Shown one piece after another: positions 38,674 through 49,400 of a DNA stretch of 64,000 nucleotides. The DNA is from Propionibacteriales bacterium (GTDB lineage: Bacteria > Actinomycetota > Actinomycetes > Propionibacteriales > Nocardioidaceae), in the NCBI GenBank assembly GCA_038237745.1, contig JBBRYJ010000003.1:67426-131425 (forward strand), given 5' to 3'. The notes beneath the pieces were generated by a model. That model did not search any database. It was not told the origin of the DNA and was given only the letters and a program-made list of their open reading frames with translations. Position 1 is the stretch's first letter, and each line of letters begins with the position of its first letter. The translations under genes and the position numbers were made by a program.

Positions 38674-39344
38674 ATGCCGATCGTGCCATGCCCGGTGGCG
38701 TGGAGCAGGGACCCCTCAGCGGCGGCCAGGTGCTGCACGAGGTCATCGATCGCCGCGGAGATCAGGCCCCGGTCGAGGAGGCTCACGAGGCGACGGTGGT
38801 CGGCCACCTGCTCCGCGATGTTGGCGCGGGTGCGGTCGAGGTGGGCCAGGCCCAGCCGGATCTCCGCGCTCAGCGCGTCAGCGGCGGCTACGAGTCGCCG
38901 GCTTCCGGTGAGCGCCACCAGGGCGCGGTGGATCTGCAGATGTGCCTCGGTGAGCTCGGCAGGACCGGCGGGCGCCTCGGCAAGATGGGCGTAGTGGTCG
39001 AGTGCCTCGTGCAGCGTTCGGCGATCCTCGTCGGCCGCTTCGGGCCAGTGCCGCAACCCGGCCGTCTCGAGGGCAACTCTGGCCCGGCTGACGTCGTGGA
39101 CGTCGTCGGCGGTGAGCTCCTTCACCGCGACGCCTTTGTTGGGCACGCGGACGGCGACCCCTTCGCCGACCAGCACGCCGAGTGCCTCACGGATGGTGCT
39201 GCGACCCACGCCCATCGCCTCTGACAGCGCAAGCTCGCGAAGCGGCGTACCGGGCGCGAGCTGCCCCGCGAAGAGGGCGCGCCGAATCTCGTCGGCGGCG
39301 CGATCGACCGTCGAGGAGTGCTCGAGCTGGAGGTCCTCGTACAT
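38670..39344 (-). CDS. GntR-family (FadR/FCD-type) transcriptional regulator
   Basis: N-terminal wHTH (LRELALSEAMGVGRSTIREALGVL) and a helical C-terminal FCD-like domain. Confidence 0.85.
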   Translation of the reverse strand: MYEDLQLEHSSTVDRAADEIRRALFAGQLAPGTPLRELALSEAMGVGRSTIREALGVLVGEGVAVRVPNKGVAVKELTADDVHDVSRARVALETAGLRHWPEAADEDRRTLHEALDHYAHLAEAPAGPAELTEAHLQIHRALVALTGSRRLVAAADALSAEIRLGLAHLDRTRANIAEQVADHRRLVSLLDRGLISAAIDDLVQHLAAAEGSLLHATGHGTIGI

Positions 39345-39427
39345 ACCACCGCGAGCCTAGGGCGTCGGCGTCCCCTCGGGCTCGACGCACCTCCTGGTGT
39401 GACACGTCCGATGCTAAGGTATTTTTC

Positions 39428-39438
39428 TTGTCAGACAA
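39428..39438. promoter_or_regulatory. Candidate GntR operator palindrome TTGTC-A-GACAA
   Basis: Perfect 11-bp palindrome in an AT-rich patch of the divergent GntR/amidinotransferase intergenic region. It fits the GT-N-AC core of FadR-type GntR boxes. A second palindrome, GTGT-G-ACAC, lies at 39397..39405. Confidence 0.4.
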
Positions 39439-39471
39439 TCGGACGATCACACACTTGCGAAGGAGCAACCG

Positions 39472-40371
39472 ATGAGGCCAACCAGGCGCCCGCAGACGAT
39501 GTGGGGCACTCGCTACCTCATGGTGCGGCCAGAGCACTTCCGAATCGACTACCAGATCAACCCCTTCATGGATGTCTCGTCGCAACCCGATGTCGGCGTG
39601 GCCATGCGGCAGTGGCAGGACCTGCGCGCAACGCTGGAGGCCCATGGCGGCAGCGTCGAGGTCGCCGACCAGCGAGCCGACGCTCCCGACATGGTCTACG
39701 CGATGAACCTCGGTCTGGCGGTCACCGACGGGACCGCAAGGCTCGTCACCTTGTCTCACATGCGCTTCCCCGAGCGCCGGATGGAGACGGTCTCGGCCCG
39801 TCGCTGGTTCGAGGGGTCAGGCTTCCAGCCCTTGTCTGTCGGATCCGACGGGTTCGGCCCCACCTTCGAGGCAGGAGACGCCTTCCCGTTCGCAGGGGCT
39901 CTGGTGGTGGGGTACGGCCCGAGAACCGAGGAGCTTGCGCTCAAGCATCTCGCCCATGACCTCGGCGTCCGAGCACTGGGCGTCCGGCTGACGCACCCGG
40001 GTATGTATCACCTCGACCTCGCGTTCTGCCCACTCGACGAGCGGCGGGCGCTGGTGTGTCCGGCCGCCTTCGACGAGGCGAGTGCCCGAGCGTTGCTCGC
40101 ACTCGTACCGGAGCCGATCATGATCACCGAAGAGGAGGCACTGACGACGTTCTGCGCCAACTCCGTGGTGCTCGGCAGCACGGTCGTCATGCCGGGTTGC
40201 CCGGACCGGGTGCGGTCCAGCCTGGAGTCCGCCGGCTTCTCGGTCGTCGTCGTCGACGTGAGCGAGTTTCACAAGGGCGGAGGTTCGGTCCGCTGTTTGA
40301 CGAACCCCCTCGACATCGCTGTGGGACGCGACCTGGACCGCGTGCCTGGAGGCGAGGTCACGACTCCCTGA
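39472..40371 (+). CDS. Amidinotransferase/DDAH-superfamily (guanidino-group modifying) enzyme
   Basis: [11 protein letters not shown]-terminal YLMVRPEHFRIDYQINPFMD, and a C-terminal nucleophile motif GGGSVRCLT. Confidence 0.75.
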   Translation: MRPTRRPQTMWGTRYLMVRPEHFRIDYQINPFMDVSSQPDVGVAMRQWQDLRATLEAHGGSVEVADQRADAPDMVYAMNLGLAVTDGTARLVTLSHMRFPERRMETVSARRWFEGSGFQPLSVGSDGFGPTFEAGDAFPFAGALVVGYGPRTEELALKHLAHDLGVRALGVRLTHPGMYHLDLAFCPLDERRALVCPAAFDEASARALLALVPEPIMITEEEALTTFCANSVVLGSTVVMPGCPDRVRSSLESAGFSVVVVDVSEFHKGGGSVRCLTNPLDIAVGRDLDRVPGGEVTTP

Positions 40372-40493
40372 CGGCCTAGGTTCGTGTGTGGTCATCGCGG
40401 CCTCTGCTCCCCCGACTGCGCCGCCGTCGAAGGCGAAGCGCGGCGAGTGAATGCGTGGTCTCTGCGTTGTCTGGCCGGATGTGGCCTCGGTGG

Positions 40494-41453
40494 CTAGGTG
40501 AGCAGGCCGGGTGACGCGCCGTCGGGCCGGACGATCCGTGCGGTCTGAGCGAGCAAGATCCCGACGAGAACCAACGCGATACCTGCGAGCTGGGCAGCCG
40601 ACAGATCTTCACGAAACCACAGCCAGCCCAAGACGGTGGCTCCCACCGGCTCGACCATTCCAAGGACCGTGACCTCGGTGGCCGACAGGTGCTGAAGCGC
40701 CGTCAGCTCGGCCAGGAACGGGCACACGGTACCGAGCACGACGAGCCATCCGATGAGCGCCCAGACAGGGGCGGCGGCTCCGGACAGAGTGCCGCCGAGG
40801 CTCTGGCTCGACGACAGGTCCGTGTGCCACAAGGTGGGCAGTGGCTTGAGCAGGTTCCAGAAGATGGTGGCCACGATGAAGGCCTCGGTCAGCACATGGA
40901 GCGGTGACTCCTCGCTGACGCTGCGCTCGCCGAGCAGGAAGTACGTTGCAAGCGACAGCGCCGCTGCGAACCCGGCGACGACACCGAGCGTGTCGAGCTG
41001 CAACCCCCGCCACACCTCGGCGACCAGCGCCAGCCCACCCAGGGAGCAGCCGATGCCCAGCCACATCCGTCGACGTACCGGCTCGCGGTACACGTACCGG
41101 GCGAACAGCGCGACGAGCACCGGTGCGGTGAACTCCAGCAGCAGGGCGATACCGACCGGCAGCCGGTCGATCGCCACGAAGTAGAAGTACTGCACGAGGG
41201 CGACGCCTGTGACGCCGAAGCCGACCACGAGCCCGACCTCTCGCAGCGAGCGAGGTGGGTGGAGACGTTCCCCTCGCGCCAGCACGACGAGTACGAGAGC
41301 GAACGCCGTGCCCGTGCATCGCGTCGTGGTGAGGGTCATCGAGTCGACACCGGCCGCCTGGATGACGCGGGAGACTCCGGCGTTGACGACGAAGAGCACG
41401 GCGCCGGTCGCAACCAGCAGGTATCCCGTCCGGGCGTCACGGGCGGCAGGCAT
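40494..41453 (-). CDS. EamA/DMT-family transporter
   Basis: 319 aa, about 10 TM helices, two EamA-like halves. Confidence 0.8.
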   Translation of the reverse strand: MPAARDARTGYLLVATGAVLFVVNAGVSRVIQAAGVDSMTLTTTRCTGTAFALVLVVLARGERLHPPRSLREVGLVVGFGVTGVALVQYFYFVAIDRLPVGIALLLEFTAPVLVALFARYVYREPVRRRMWLGIGCSLGGLALVAEVWRGLQLDTLGVVAGFAAALSLATYFLLGERSVSEESPLHVLTEAFIVATIFWNLLKPLPTLWHTDLSSSQSLGGTLSGAAAPVWALIGWLVVLGTVCPFLAELTALQHLSATEVTVLGMVEPVGATVLGWLWFREDLSAAQLAGIALVLVGILLAQTARIVRPDGASPGLLT

Positions 41454-41520
41454 GCAGCAGACCCTACGCAGCCGAGGTCACGCGCGATCGGCGTGACGCG
41501 TCTCGTTATCGTGGCTCGTC

Positions 41521-42591
41521 ATGACCGGCCCGCGGCTGCGCCCCGCCCTCGACTCGATCCCGGCGTACAAGGCAGGCAAGCCCCCCGCTCCTGGGAGGGC
41601 GGCGTTCTACAAGCTCTCCAGCAACGAGAACCCGTACGCGCCCCTGCCCGGCGTTCTCGAGAAGGTCGCGGACGCAGCGCGCTCGATGAACCGGTATCCC
41701 GACATGGGGGTCGGCGCGCTGCACGAGGCCCTGGCGGAGCGACTCGGTGTCGGCGTCGAGCGACTCGCGTCGGGGGCGGGCTCGGTCGCGGTGCTCTACC
41801 ACCTCTTGCAGGCCGCCTGCTCGACCGGCGACGAGGTCGTCTACGCCTGGCGCTCGTTCGAGGCGTACCCGATCGCGGTGGGGCTTACCGGTGCGCGTGA
41901 CGTCCAGGTCCCGCTGGCCGCCGACGCTCGGCACGATCTGGCGGCGATGCGCCGAGCCGTGACCGACGCCACGAAGGTCGTGATCGTCTGCACCCCGAAC
42001 AACCCGACGGGCCCGGCCGTGCACCGCGAGGAGCTGTTGGAGCTCGTCGATGCGCTGCCCCCCACGGTCATCGTCGCCATCGACGAGGCGTACGGCGAGT
42101 TCGTGACCGACCCGGACACCGTCGACGGGCTCGAGGTCGCGGCAGACCGCCCGAACGTCGTGGTGCTCCGTACCTTCTCGAAGGCCTACGGACTTGCCGG
42201 GCTTCGGGTCGGGTATGCCGTCGCGCCGCCCCGAATCGCCGAGGCGGTCCGCAAGTGCGCTCTCCCCTTCGGTGTCTCCGGCGTCGCCCAGGTGGCTGCC
42301 CTGGCCTCGCTGGACGCCGAGGCCGAGCTGCTCGAACGGGTCGACGCCCTGGTGCTCGAACGTGACCGCGTGGTGGGAGAACTGCGTGCCCAGGGCTGGT
42401 CGTTGCCGGATGCGCAGGGAAACTTCGTCTGGCTTCCCCTCGAGGAGCGTTCCACCGGCTTCGCGGCGCGGTGCGACGAGCGCGGGGTGAGTGTGCGCCC
42501 GTTTGAAGGCGATGGAGTGCGAGTCTCGATCGGTGAGGTGGAGGCCAACGACCTGCTGCTCGCCGTGGCTGCGGAGCTGCCCCCGCACTGA
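41521..42591 (+). CDS. Histidinol-phosphate/aromatic aminotransferase (class II PLP enzyme)
   Basis: Contains LSSNENPY and the PLP-lysine motif FSKAYGLAGLRVGY. It is not next to other his genes. Confidence 0.85.
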   Translation: MTGPRLRPALDSIPAYKAGKPPAPGRAAFYKLSSNENPYAPLPGVLEKVADAARSMNRYPDMGVGALHEALAERLGVGVERLASGAGSVAVLYHLLQAACSTGDEVVYAWRSFEAYPIAVGLTGARDVQVPLAADARHDLAAMRRAVTDATKVVIVCTPNNPTGPAVHREELLELVDALPPTVIVAIDEAYGEFVTDPDTVDGLEVAADRPNVVVLRTFSKAYGLAGLRVGYAVAPPRIAEAVRKCALPFGVSGVAQVAALASLDAEAELLERVDALVLERDRVVGELRAQGWSLPDAQGNFVWLPLEERSTGFAARCDERGVSVRPFEGDGVRVSIGEVEANDLLLAVAAELPPH

Positions 42592-42775
42592 CTGCGCAGC
42601 TGACGGCGACCCACGCGGCGTCTGCTCGATGCAACGAATCTCGGTTGGCTCTGTCAGAGGCAGTCGGTAGAGTGCTGGTTACAGCCCACCGCCTTCGCGT
42701 CTCCAGGCCTGGACCCGCGCCCGGGGCGGCGACATCTCGGGCCGCCGACCGACCACAAGGGGCGAACGCCGCCTG

Positions 42776-44587
42776 ATGAGCCACCCGACCAGCAACGGCT
42801 CCCGATACGACCACGTGCCGCCCCCCAGGGGTGGCACGCACTCGCTGTGGCGACTGAGCGGATACCTGCGGCCGTACCGCGGGTCGCTCGCGGTGATGGG
42901 GGTCTCCGCCGTGGCCGGAGTCTTCGTGAGCCTCTCGATCCCGCTGGTGACCAAGTCGCTCATCGACGGCCCGATCACCGAGCACCGGTCCGGGCCGATC
43001 CTGCCGCTCGGGCTGCTCGCGCTAGGGCTGGGAGTCGCCGAGGCCGGGCTGATCCTGCTGCGGCGCTGGGTGCAGGCACATGCCGTGCTCGGGTTCGAGA
43101 CGGCAGTCCGCAACGACCTCTACCGGCACATGCAGGCTCTCCCGATGGAGTTCCACAGTCGCTGGCAGAGCGGCCAGCTACTGTCCCGGGTCACCACCGA
43201 CCTGAGCGCCCTTCGCCGCTTCATGGGGTTCGGTCTGCTCTTCTTGATCATCAACATCCTTCAGCTCACCGTGGTGACCGCGGTTCTGCTGCGGATGTAC
43301 TGGCCCCTCGGTCTCGTCGTCGCGGTGTCGGCGGTGCCGATCATCTGGCTCAGCAAGCGGTTCGAGTCCCGTTACGTCGTGGTGTCGCGTCGGGTCCAGG
43401 ACCAGCAGGGTGACGTGGCGACGTCTGTCGAGGAGGCGGCAGTCGGCTACCGCGTGACGAAGTCGTTCGGCCGGCGCAGCTACAGCGACGAGAACTTCGC
43501 GAAGCTCACCGAGAAGCTGTACGAGTCGTCGGTCGAGAAGGTCCGGCTCTCGTCGGCGTTCTGGACCTTCCTCGAGATCATCCCCAACCTGAGCCTCGTC
43601 GTGGTGCTCCTCCTGGGCGCCCTCGCCGTCGGGCGGGACGCGCTGACGCCTGGCACGCTCGTGGCCTTCATCATCTTGATGCTCCAGCTGATCTGGCCGC
43701 TGGAGTCGCTCGGCGTCATCCTCGCGATGGCGCAGGAGGCCATGACGGCGGCCGACCGGGTGCTGGAGATCTTCGACACCGAGTCGACGGTCGTCGGCGG
43801 GGACCGTGAGCTGCAGGACCCGCGAGGGGCGCTTCGTCTGGAGCACGTCGACTTCCACTTCCCCGACTCGTCCGAGCTCGTGCTCCGCGACGTCAACCTG
43901 GAGGTGTTCCCGGGCGAGACCGTTGCCGTCGTCGGTGCGACCGGCTCCGGCAAGACCGCGCTCACCGGGCTGGTCCCTCGCCTGTACGACGTCACCGGCG
44001 GCTCGGTGATGATCGACGGTGTCGATGTCAGGGACCTGAGCCTCAGCTGTCTCCGCACGGTCGTCGCGACGGCATTCGAGGAGCCGGTGCTCTTCTCGAT
44101 GAGTGCCCGGGAGAACATCGCCCTCGGACGTCCGGACGCGACCGACTCAGATGTGGCCGAGGCGGTCCGGACGGCTCAGGCCGGTTTCGTCTACGACCTT
44201 CCCTGGGGGATCGATACCAGGATCGGGGAGCAGGGGCTGTCGCTCTCGGGTGGCCAGCGGCAGCGGCTCGCACTCGCCCGAGCTGTCCTCGCGCGTCCCC
44301 GCATCCTGGTGCTCGACGACACCTTGTCGGCGCTGGATGTCCATACGGAGGCGCTCGTCGAGACCGCCCTGCGGCGGGTGCTCGCCGACGCGACCGGCAT
44401 CGTGGTGGCACATCGAGCCTCCACGGTTCTCCTCGCTGACCGGGTGGCGCTGCTGCAGGACGGGACGATCACCCACGTCGGGCTGCACCAGGAGCTGCTG
44501 TCGAGCGTGCCGGCATACCGCGACCTGCTCGGTGGCGACGAGGGCGATGCACTCGTGGCGGCCGACGCGAGCGCGGCGTCGTCGTGA
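42776..44587 (+). CDS. ABC exporter, fused permease/ATPase (half transporter 1)
   Basis: Six-TM domain, Walker A GATGSGKT, signature LSGGQRQR, Walker B LVLDD. Confidence 0.9.
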   Translation: MSHPTSNGSRYDHVPPPRGGTHSLWRLSGYLRPYRGSLAVMGVSAVAGVFVSLSIPLVTKSLIDGPITEHRSGPILPLGLLALGLGVAEAGLILLRRWVQAHAVLGFETAVRNDLYRHMQALPMEFHSRWQSGQLLSRVTTDLSALRRFMGFGLLFLIINILQLTVVTAVLLRMYWPLGLVVAVSAVPIIWLSKRFESRYVVVSRRVQDQQGDVATSVEEAAVGYRVTKSFGRRSYSDENFAKLTEKLYESSVEKVRLSSAFWTFLEIIPNLSLVVVLLLGALAVGRDALTPGTLVAFIILMLQLIWPLESLGVILAMAQEAMTAADRVLEIFDTESTVVGGDRELQDPRGALRLEHVDFHFPDSSELVLRDVNLEVFPGETVAVVGATGSGKTALTGLVPRLYDVTGGSVMIDGVDVRDLSLSCLRTVVATAFEEPVLFSMSARENIALGRPDATDSDVAEAVRTAQAGFVYDLPWGIDTRIGEQGLSLSGGQRQRLALARAVLARPRILVLDDTLSALDVHTEALVETALRRVLADATGIVVAHRASTVLLADRVALLQDGTITHVGLHQELLSSVPAYRDLLGGDEGDALVAADASAASS

Positions 44588-46458
44588 CAGCTACCGATAC
44601 CAGCCCTCCGGCCGACTCCGGTTCGGCCGACGAGACGCGTCCGGCTGGTGACTGGCGAGGAGTTGCGGCCCAGGACACCGAGGAGATACCCGAAAGCACT
44701 CCGCTCCTGCTGAGAGACCGCTCCCGGAGGTTGATGGGCCAGCTTCTTCGTCCGCACCGGCGAGCCCTCGGCTGGGTGCTGCTCCTCGTGCTGATCGAGA
44801 ACGCCGCCCGCCTCTCGGTGCCGTACCTGGTGAAGGAGGGCATCGACCGGGGTATCCCGCCGATCCTGGCCGGCGAGGGGAACCGCACCCTGCTTGTCAT
44901 CGTGGCGATGGTGCTGGCTGCCGTGGTGGTCCAGGCGGTCACCCGGCAGTTCTTCCTGCTGTTGGCTGGTCGGGTCGGTCAACAGATCCTGGTCACGTTG
45001 CGCCGACGGGTCTTCACCCACTTCCACAAGCTGTCGCCCGCGTTCCACGACAGCTACACCTCGGGCCGGGTCATCTCCCGGCAGACCTCCGACATGGATG
45101 CCATCAACGAACTGCTCGAGGGCGGCTTCGACGGGCTGATGACGGCACTGCTGACGCTTGTCGGTACCGCAGTGCTCCTGCTCGTCCTCGACCTGAAGCT
45201 GGGACTGGTCGCCCTGCTCTGCTTCCCAGTCCTGCTCGCACTCTCCCAGTGGTTCCGGCGGGAGTCCGCAAAGGCCTACCGGCGCACCCGGGAGACCGTC
45301 GCAGCGGTGATCGTCCACTTCGTCGAGACGGTCAACGGCATGCAGGCCGTGCAGGCGTTCCGCCGAGAGGGACGCAACCAGGCCATCTTCGACGAGGTGA
45401 GCGGGGAGTACCGCAGAGCGAACGAGCGTGCCTTCCGGCTCGTCGGGGTCTTCATGCCGGGGATCAAGCTGATCGGAAACGTGACCATCGCCGTCGTGCT
45501 CGTCTACGGTGCGCATCTGGCCTTCAACGGTGAGGTGACTGTCGGGGTGCTCGCCGCATTCCTGCTCTACCTGCGCCAGTTCTTCGAGCCGATGCAGGAG
45601 ATCTCGCAGTTCTACAACACCTTCCAGTCCGCTTCGGCAGCGCTCGAGAAGCTGTCGGGGGTACTGGAGGAGGTGCCTTCGGTACCGGAGCCCGAGCGCC
45701 CCACCCGGCTGGCGCGCGCCAGTGGCTCGGTACAGCTCGACGGCGTCGGCTTCGAGTACGTCGTCGAGCGTCCGGTGCTCGCCGGCCTCGACCTGGAGAT
45801 CCCGGCGGGCCAGACGGTCGCGATGGTCGGAACGACCGGCGCCGGCAAGACGACGCTGGCCAAGCTCGTGTCCCGTTTCTACGACCCGACGGCGGGCCAG
45901 GTCAGGCTAGACGGCATCGACCTGCGCGAGCTCACCGAGGACGACCTGCGTCGTGCCGTCGTCATGGTGACGCAGGAGAGCTACCTCTTCAACGGCAGCG
46001 TCGGCGACAACATCAGGTTCGGCAAGCCCAACGCGTCGGTGGAGGAGATCGTCCATGCGGCCAAGGCCATCGGAGCTCACGACTTCATCGCCAGGCTTCC
46101 GGACGGCTATGACACCGACGTCGCCAACCGAGGCGGCCGCCTCTCGGCCGGCCAGCGCCAGCTCGTCGCATTCGCCCGGGCATTCCTGGCCGACCCAGCA
46201 GTCCTGATCCTGGACGAAGCCACGTCCAGCCTCGACGTGCCGTCGGAGCGACTGGTCCAGCGGGCCCTCCGCACGATCTTGGCCGAGCGTACGGCGCTCA
46301 TCATCGCCCACCGGCTGTCGACGGTCGCGATCGCCGACCGGGTGCTCGTCATGGAGCATGGCGCCGTGGTCGAGGACGGCACACCGGCAGACCTCATCGC
46401 CAGCGGGGAGGGACGGTACTCCGACCTGCACGAGGCCTGGCTCGCCTCCCTCGCCTGA
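44584..46458 (+). CDS. ABC exporter, fused permease/ATPase (half transporter 2)
   Basis: 4-nt overlap with the upstream gene. Walker A GTTGAGKTT, signature LSAGQRQL, Walker B LILDEATS. Confidence 0.9.
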   Translation: MTATDTSPPADSGSADETRPAGDWRGVAAQDTEEIPESTPLLLRDRSRRLMGQLLRPHRRALGWVLLLVLIENAARLSVPYLVKEGIDRGIPPILAGEGNRTLLVIVAMVLAAVVVQAVTRQFFLLLAGRVGQQILVTLRRRVFTHFHKLSPAFHDSYTSGRVISRQTSDMDAINELLEGGFDGLMTALLTLVGTAVLLLVLDLKLGLVALLCFPVLLALSQWFRRESAKAYRRTRETVAAVIVHFVETVNGMQAVQAFRREGRNQAIFDEVSGEYRRANERAFRLVGVFMPGIKLIGNVTIAVVLVYGAHLAFNGEVTVGVLAAFLLYLRQFFEPMQEISQFYNTFQSASAALEKLSGVLEEVPSVPEPERPTRLARASGSVQLDGVGFEYVVERPVLAGLDLEIPAGQTVAMVGTTGAGKTTLAKLVSRFYDPTAGQVRLDGIDLRELTEDDLRRAVVMVTQESYLFNGSVGDNIRFGKPNASVEEIVHAAKAIGAHDFIARLPDGYDTDVANRGGRLSAGQRQLVAFARAFLADPAVLILDEATSSLDVPSERLVQRALRTILAERTALIIAHRLSTVAIADRVLVMEHGAVVEDGTPADLIASGEGRYSDLHEAWLASLA

Positions 46459-46484
46459 GGCTGCCTCACATGTCGGGACCCGGC

Positions 46485-49400
46485 CTACCCTGCGGATGGG
46501 GCTTCCGGTACCGGCGGAGGCAGGAGGGCCGCCTTCTTGTCCAGCTCCTGCAGAGCCAGCCTCAACGCCTCGTCGAGCTGCCTGTCCCTGCGCTGAACCC
46601 TGTCCTTCGGTGACATCGGGATCTCGATGTCGGGGTCTACCCCGTAGTTCTCGACGTCCCAGCCGAACTGCTCGAACCAGAATGCGTATCGAGGTTGGGT
46701 GACCAAGGTTCCGTCGACCAGCCGGTAGCGCATGTCGATTCCCACGACACCGCCCCAGGTGCGGGTGCCCACCACCGGACCCAGCTTGAGCGAACGGATC
46801 GCCGCTGTGACGATGTCGCCGTCGGAGCCCGCGTACATGTCCGTCACGGTCACCATCGGGCCGCGCCGAGCGTCAGCGGGATAGGACTCCGGCTGGTGTC
46901 CGCGGCTGACGTCCCAGCCGATGATCGTGCGAGCGAGCTTCTCGACCACGAGCTGAGAGGTGTGACCGCCGCGGTTGGCGCGCACGTCCACGATGAGAGC
47001 GTCCCGCCCGACCTCGGTGCGCAGGTCGCGGTGCAGCTGTGCCCAGCCGCCCGACACCATGTCGGGAACGTGGAGGTATCCGACGCGTCCATCGCTGCGG
47101 TCGTGGACATGGGCCCGGCGCTCGGTGACCCAGTCCTGGTAGCGCAGCGGCATCTCGTCGGCCAGGGGCACGACGACGACCCGCCTGCTGGGACCGCCCG
47201 CCCCGGGGGCGAGGGTCAGCTCGACCGGCTTGTCCGCCGAACCGACGAGAAGTGACGACGGTCCCCTCGTGCGGCTCGTGGCGCGGCCGTCGACCGCCAG
47301 GATCGCGTCACCAGCCTTTGCGCCGACGCCTGGAGCCGTGAGTGGTGAGCGGGCGCGTCGTTCGGACGCCTCGCCCGGCACGATCCGGGCGAGCTTCCAC
47401 GTCTGGCCGTCGAACTCCAAATCGACGCCCAGCAGACCCTGTCGCCGACTAGGCTCGACGTCTGCGTCGGGAGGCATGCAGTACGCGTGCGACGAGCCGA
47501 GCTCGCCGTGCAGCTCCCAGATCAGGTCGACCAGGTCGTCGTGTGAGCCCAGCCTGTCGAGCAGGGGTGCGTAGCGCTGCCTTTCAGCGTTCCAGTCGTG
47601 ACCTCCCATGTCTGCCCGCCAGTAGTGGTCGCGCATGAGCCGCCACGTCTCGTCGTACATCTGGGCCCACTCGGCCTGCGGCAGCACCTCTACCCGGAGC
47701 CGGTCGAGGTCGACGGCATTGTCACCAAGTCCGCCTCCGGGCGGGTCGGCCTTGCGGGTGGCCGGGACGACCAGCAGCGTCCCCCTGTCGCGCACGACGA
47801 GAGTGTCGCCGTCTCCGGTGGCGGTTACCGAGTCCGCTGCCTCGAGCAGCGTCTGGACCTTGCCGGATGCGAAGTCGATGTGCTCGAGGCTGGCACGAAG
47901 AGACTCGTCGTCTGGGCGGGGGAGGTCGTCTCCGAGCTCGCCCTTCAGGGGCTGCTTCAACCAGACGAGTCCTCCCCTCACCGCTCGAAGATGCGAGTAG
48001 CGCCCGCCGGCGACGGGCGCGGCGGTGACCCGCTGGTCGAGGCCGTCGGGGTCGACGGTCGTGAGCGGAGGTTCCGGAGACTTCTGGCCGGTTTCGCCGC
48101 CGCTCGGGTCCTGGCCACGAGCAGGGCCCGTCGGCGGTTCGGCCATCCGGCGGCCCTCGAGGCGCGGGTCGAAGGGAGAGGGCGTGTCGATCGCCAGCGG
48201 GATGACGTGGGGGCGACATCCGTTCGGGAAGGACAGGTCGAACACCACAGCGTCGTACACCGGGTCGAGGCTGCGGATCGACAAGAAGGCCAGGTGCTTG
48301 CCGTCAAGGGCGAACACCGGGTCGGAGTCGGTGAACCGTAGCGGCGTGACGTCGATCGGGTCGGCTCCGGCCGCCCCGACATTCGCCATCCTGATGTTCC
48401 GCAGCGGCGCTGGACCTGGCGCCGACCAGGCAAGCCACTGCGAGTCCGGCGAGAATGCCAAGCCGCTCATGTCGCCGTTCGTCGTCCGGTCGAGCTCCCT
48501 GAGCTGTGCGGCCTCACCGTCGCTGGCTGGAACGCTCACCTCCAGGAGCCGGCCGTCATGGCTGGCGACCGCGAGGCGCCGCCCGTCCGGGGATGCGGCC
48601 AGCTCCAGCACCCGGCCGACGTGCCCGGAGGCCACGAGCTGTGTGGCAGTGACCTCGACGTCGTCTGTGCGACTGAGCTCGATGGCGTCGTCGCCGTCCG
48701 CGCCGGTCACCCAGGCGACACGGGAGGTATCGCCCAGCACGGCTGGCAACCGGCGGCGTACCCCCGAACCGTGAGCGAGTGTCCGGACCGGACCGTCGCG
48801 GTGGGTCAGCCAGTGGATCGTGCCGCGAGTCTCGACGGCAGACGCCCGGCCGCTCTGGTCCGGGCTGATGGACCCCAGCTTCGAGGCATCCACCGTGATC
48901 CGGGTCGGTTGGCGAGCGGTGCGCGCCCCGCCGAGGCGGACGGCGACCTCCCGCGGCTCCACGCCGTCATCGAGGGAGTCCAGCAGGTAGAGCGAACCGC
49001 CCGCTGCGTAGACCACCTGCCGGCCGTCGGATGTCGCGTGCCGGGCGTAGAAGTCGTGGTCGCTGTGCCGGACGAGCGACTCCGTCGTCGGTGCGCCGTC
49101 GTCGACGACCGCACTGTAGAGCTGCGCCCGGTGTTCATGGTCGGAGAGGAATCCGATGCGTTGGCGGCCGTCCCGCCCTCGGGCCCATAGCGGACTGACC
49201 AGGCTGGAGCGCAGTTCGGTGAACAGACGCTCGTACTCGCCTTCTCCGGTCCGGTCGAGCCACAGCTGTGCCGCCGTGCCGCCGCGGTAGTTCTTCCACC
49301 AGGCGGGCTCCACGGTGGTCGCCGTCGACAGCAGTACGCCGCCGCCGGGCTCCAGGTCGAGCTCCCCGACCCAGCCGTACGGCAGCTGGCGACTCGGCCC

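Noticed and set aside
41506-42588. 360-aa minus-strand ORF, an almost exact mirror of the aminotransferase gene
   Set aside because: The + frame has the SSNENP and PLP-lysine motifs. The mirror ORF has none.
44191-45516. 441-aa minus-strand ORF across the junction of the two ABC exporter genes
   Set aside because: Antisense shadow. The ABC motifs are on the + strand.
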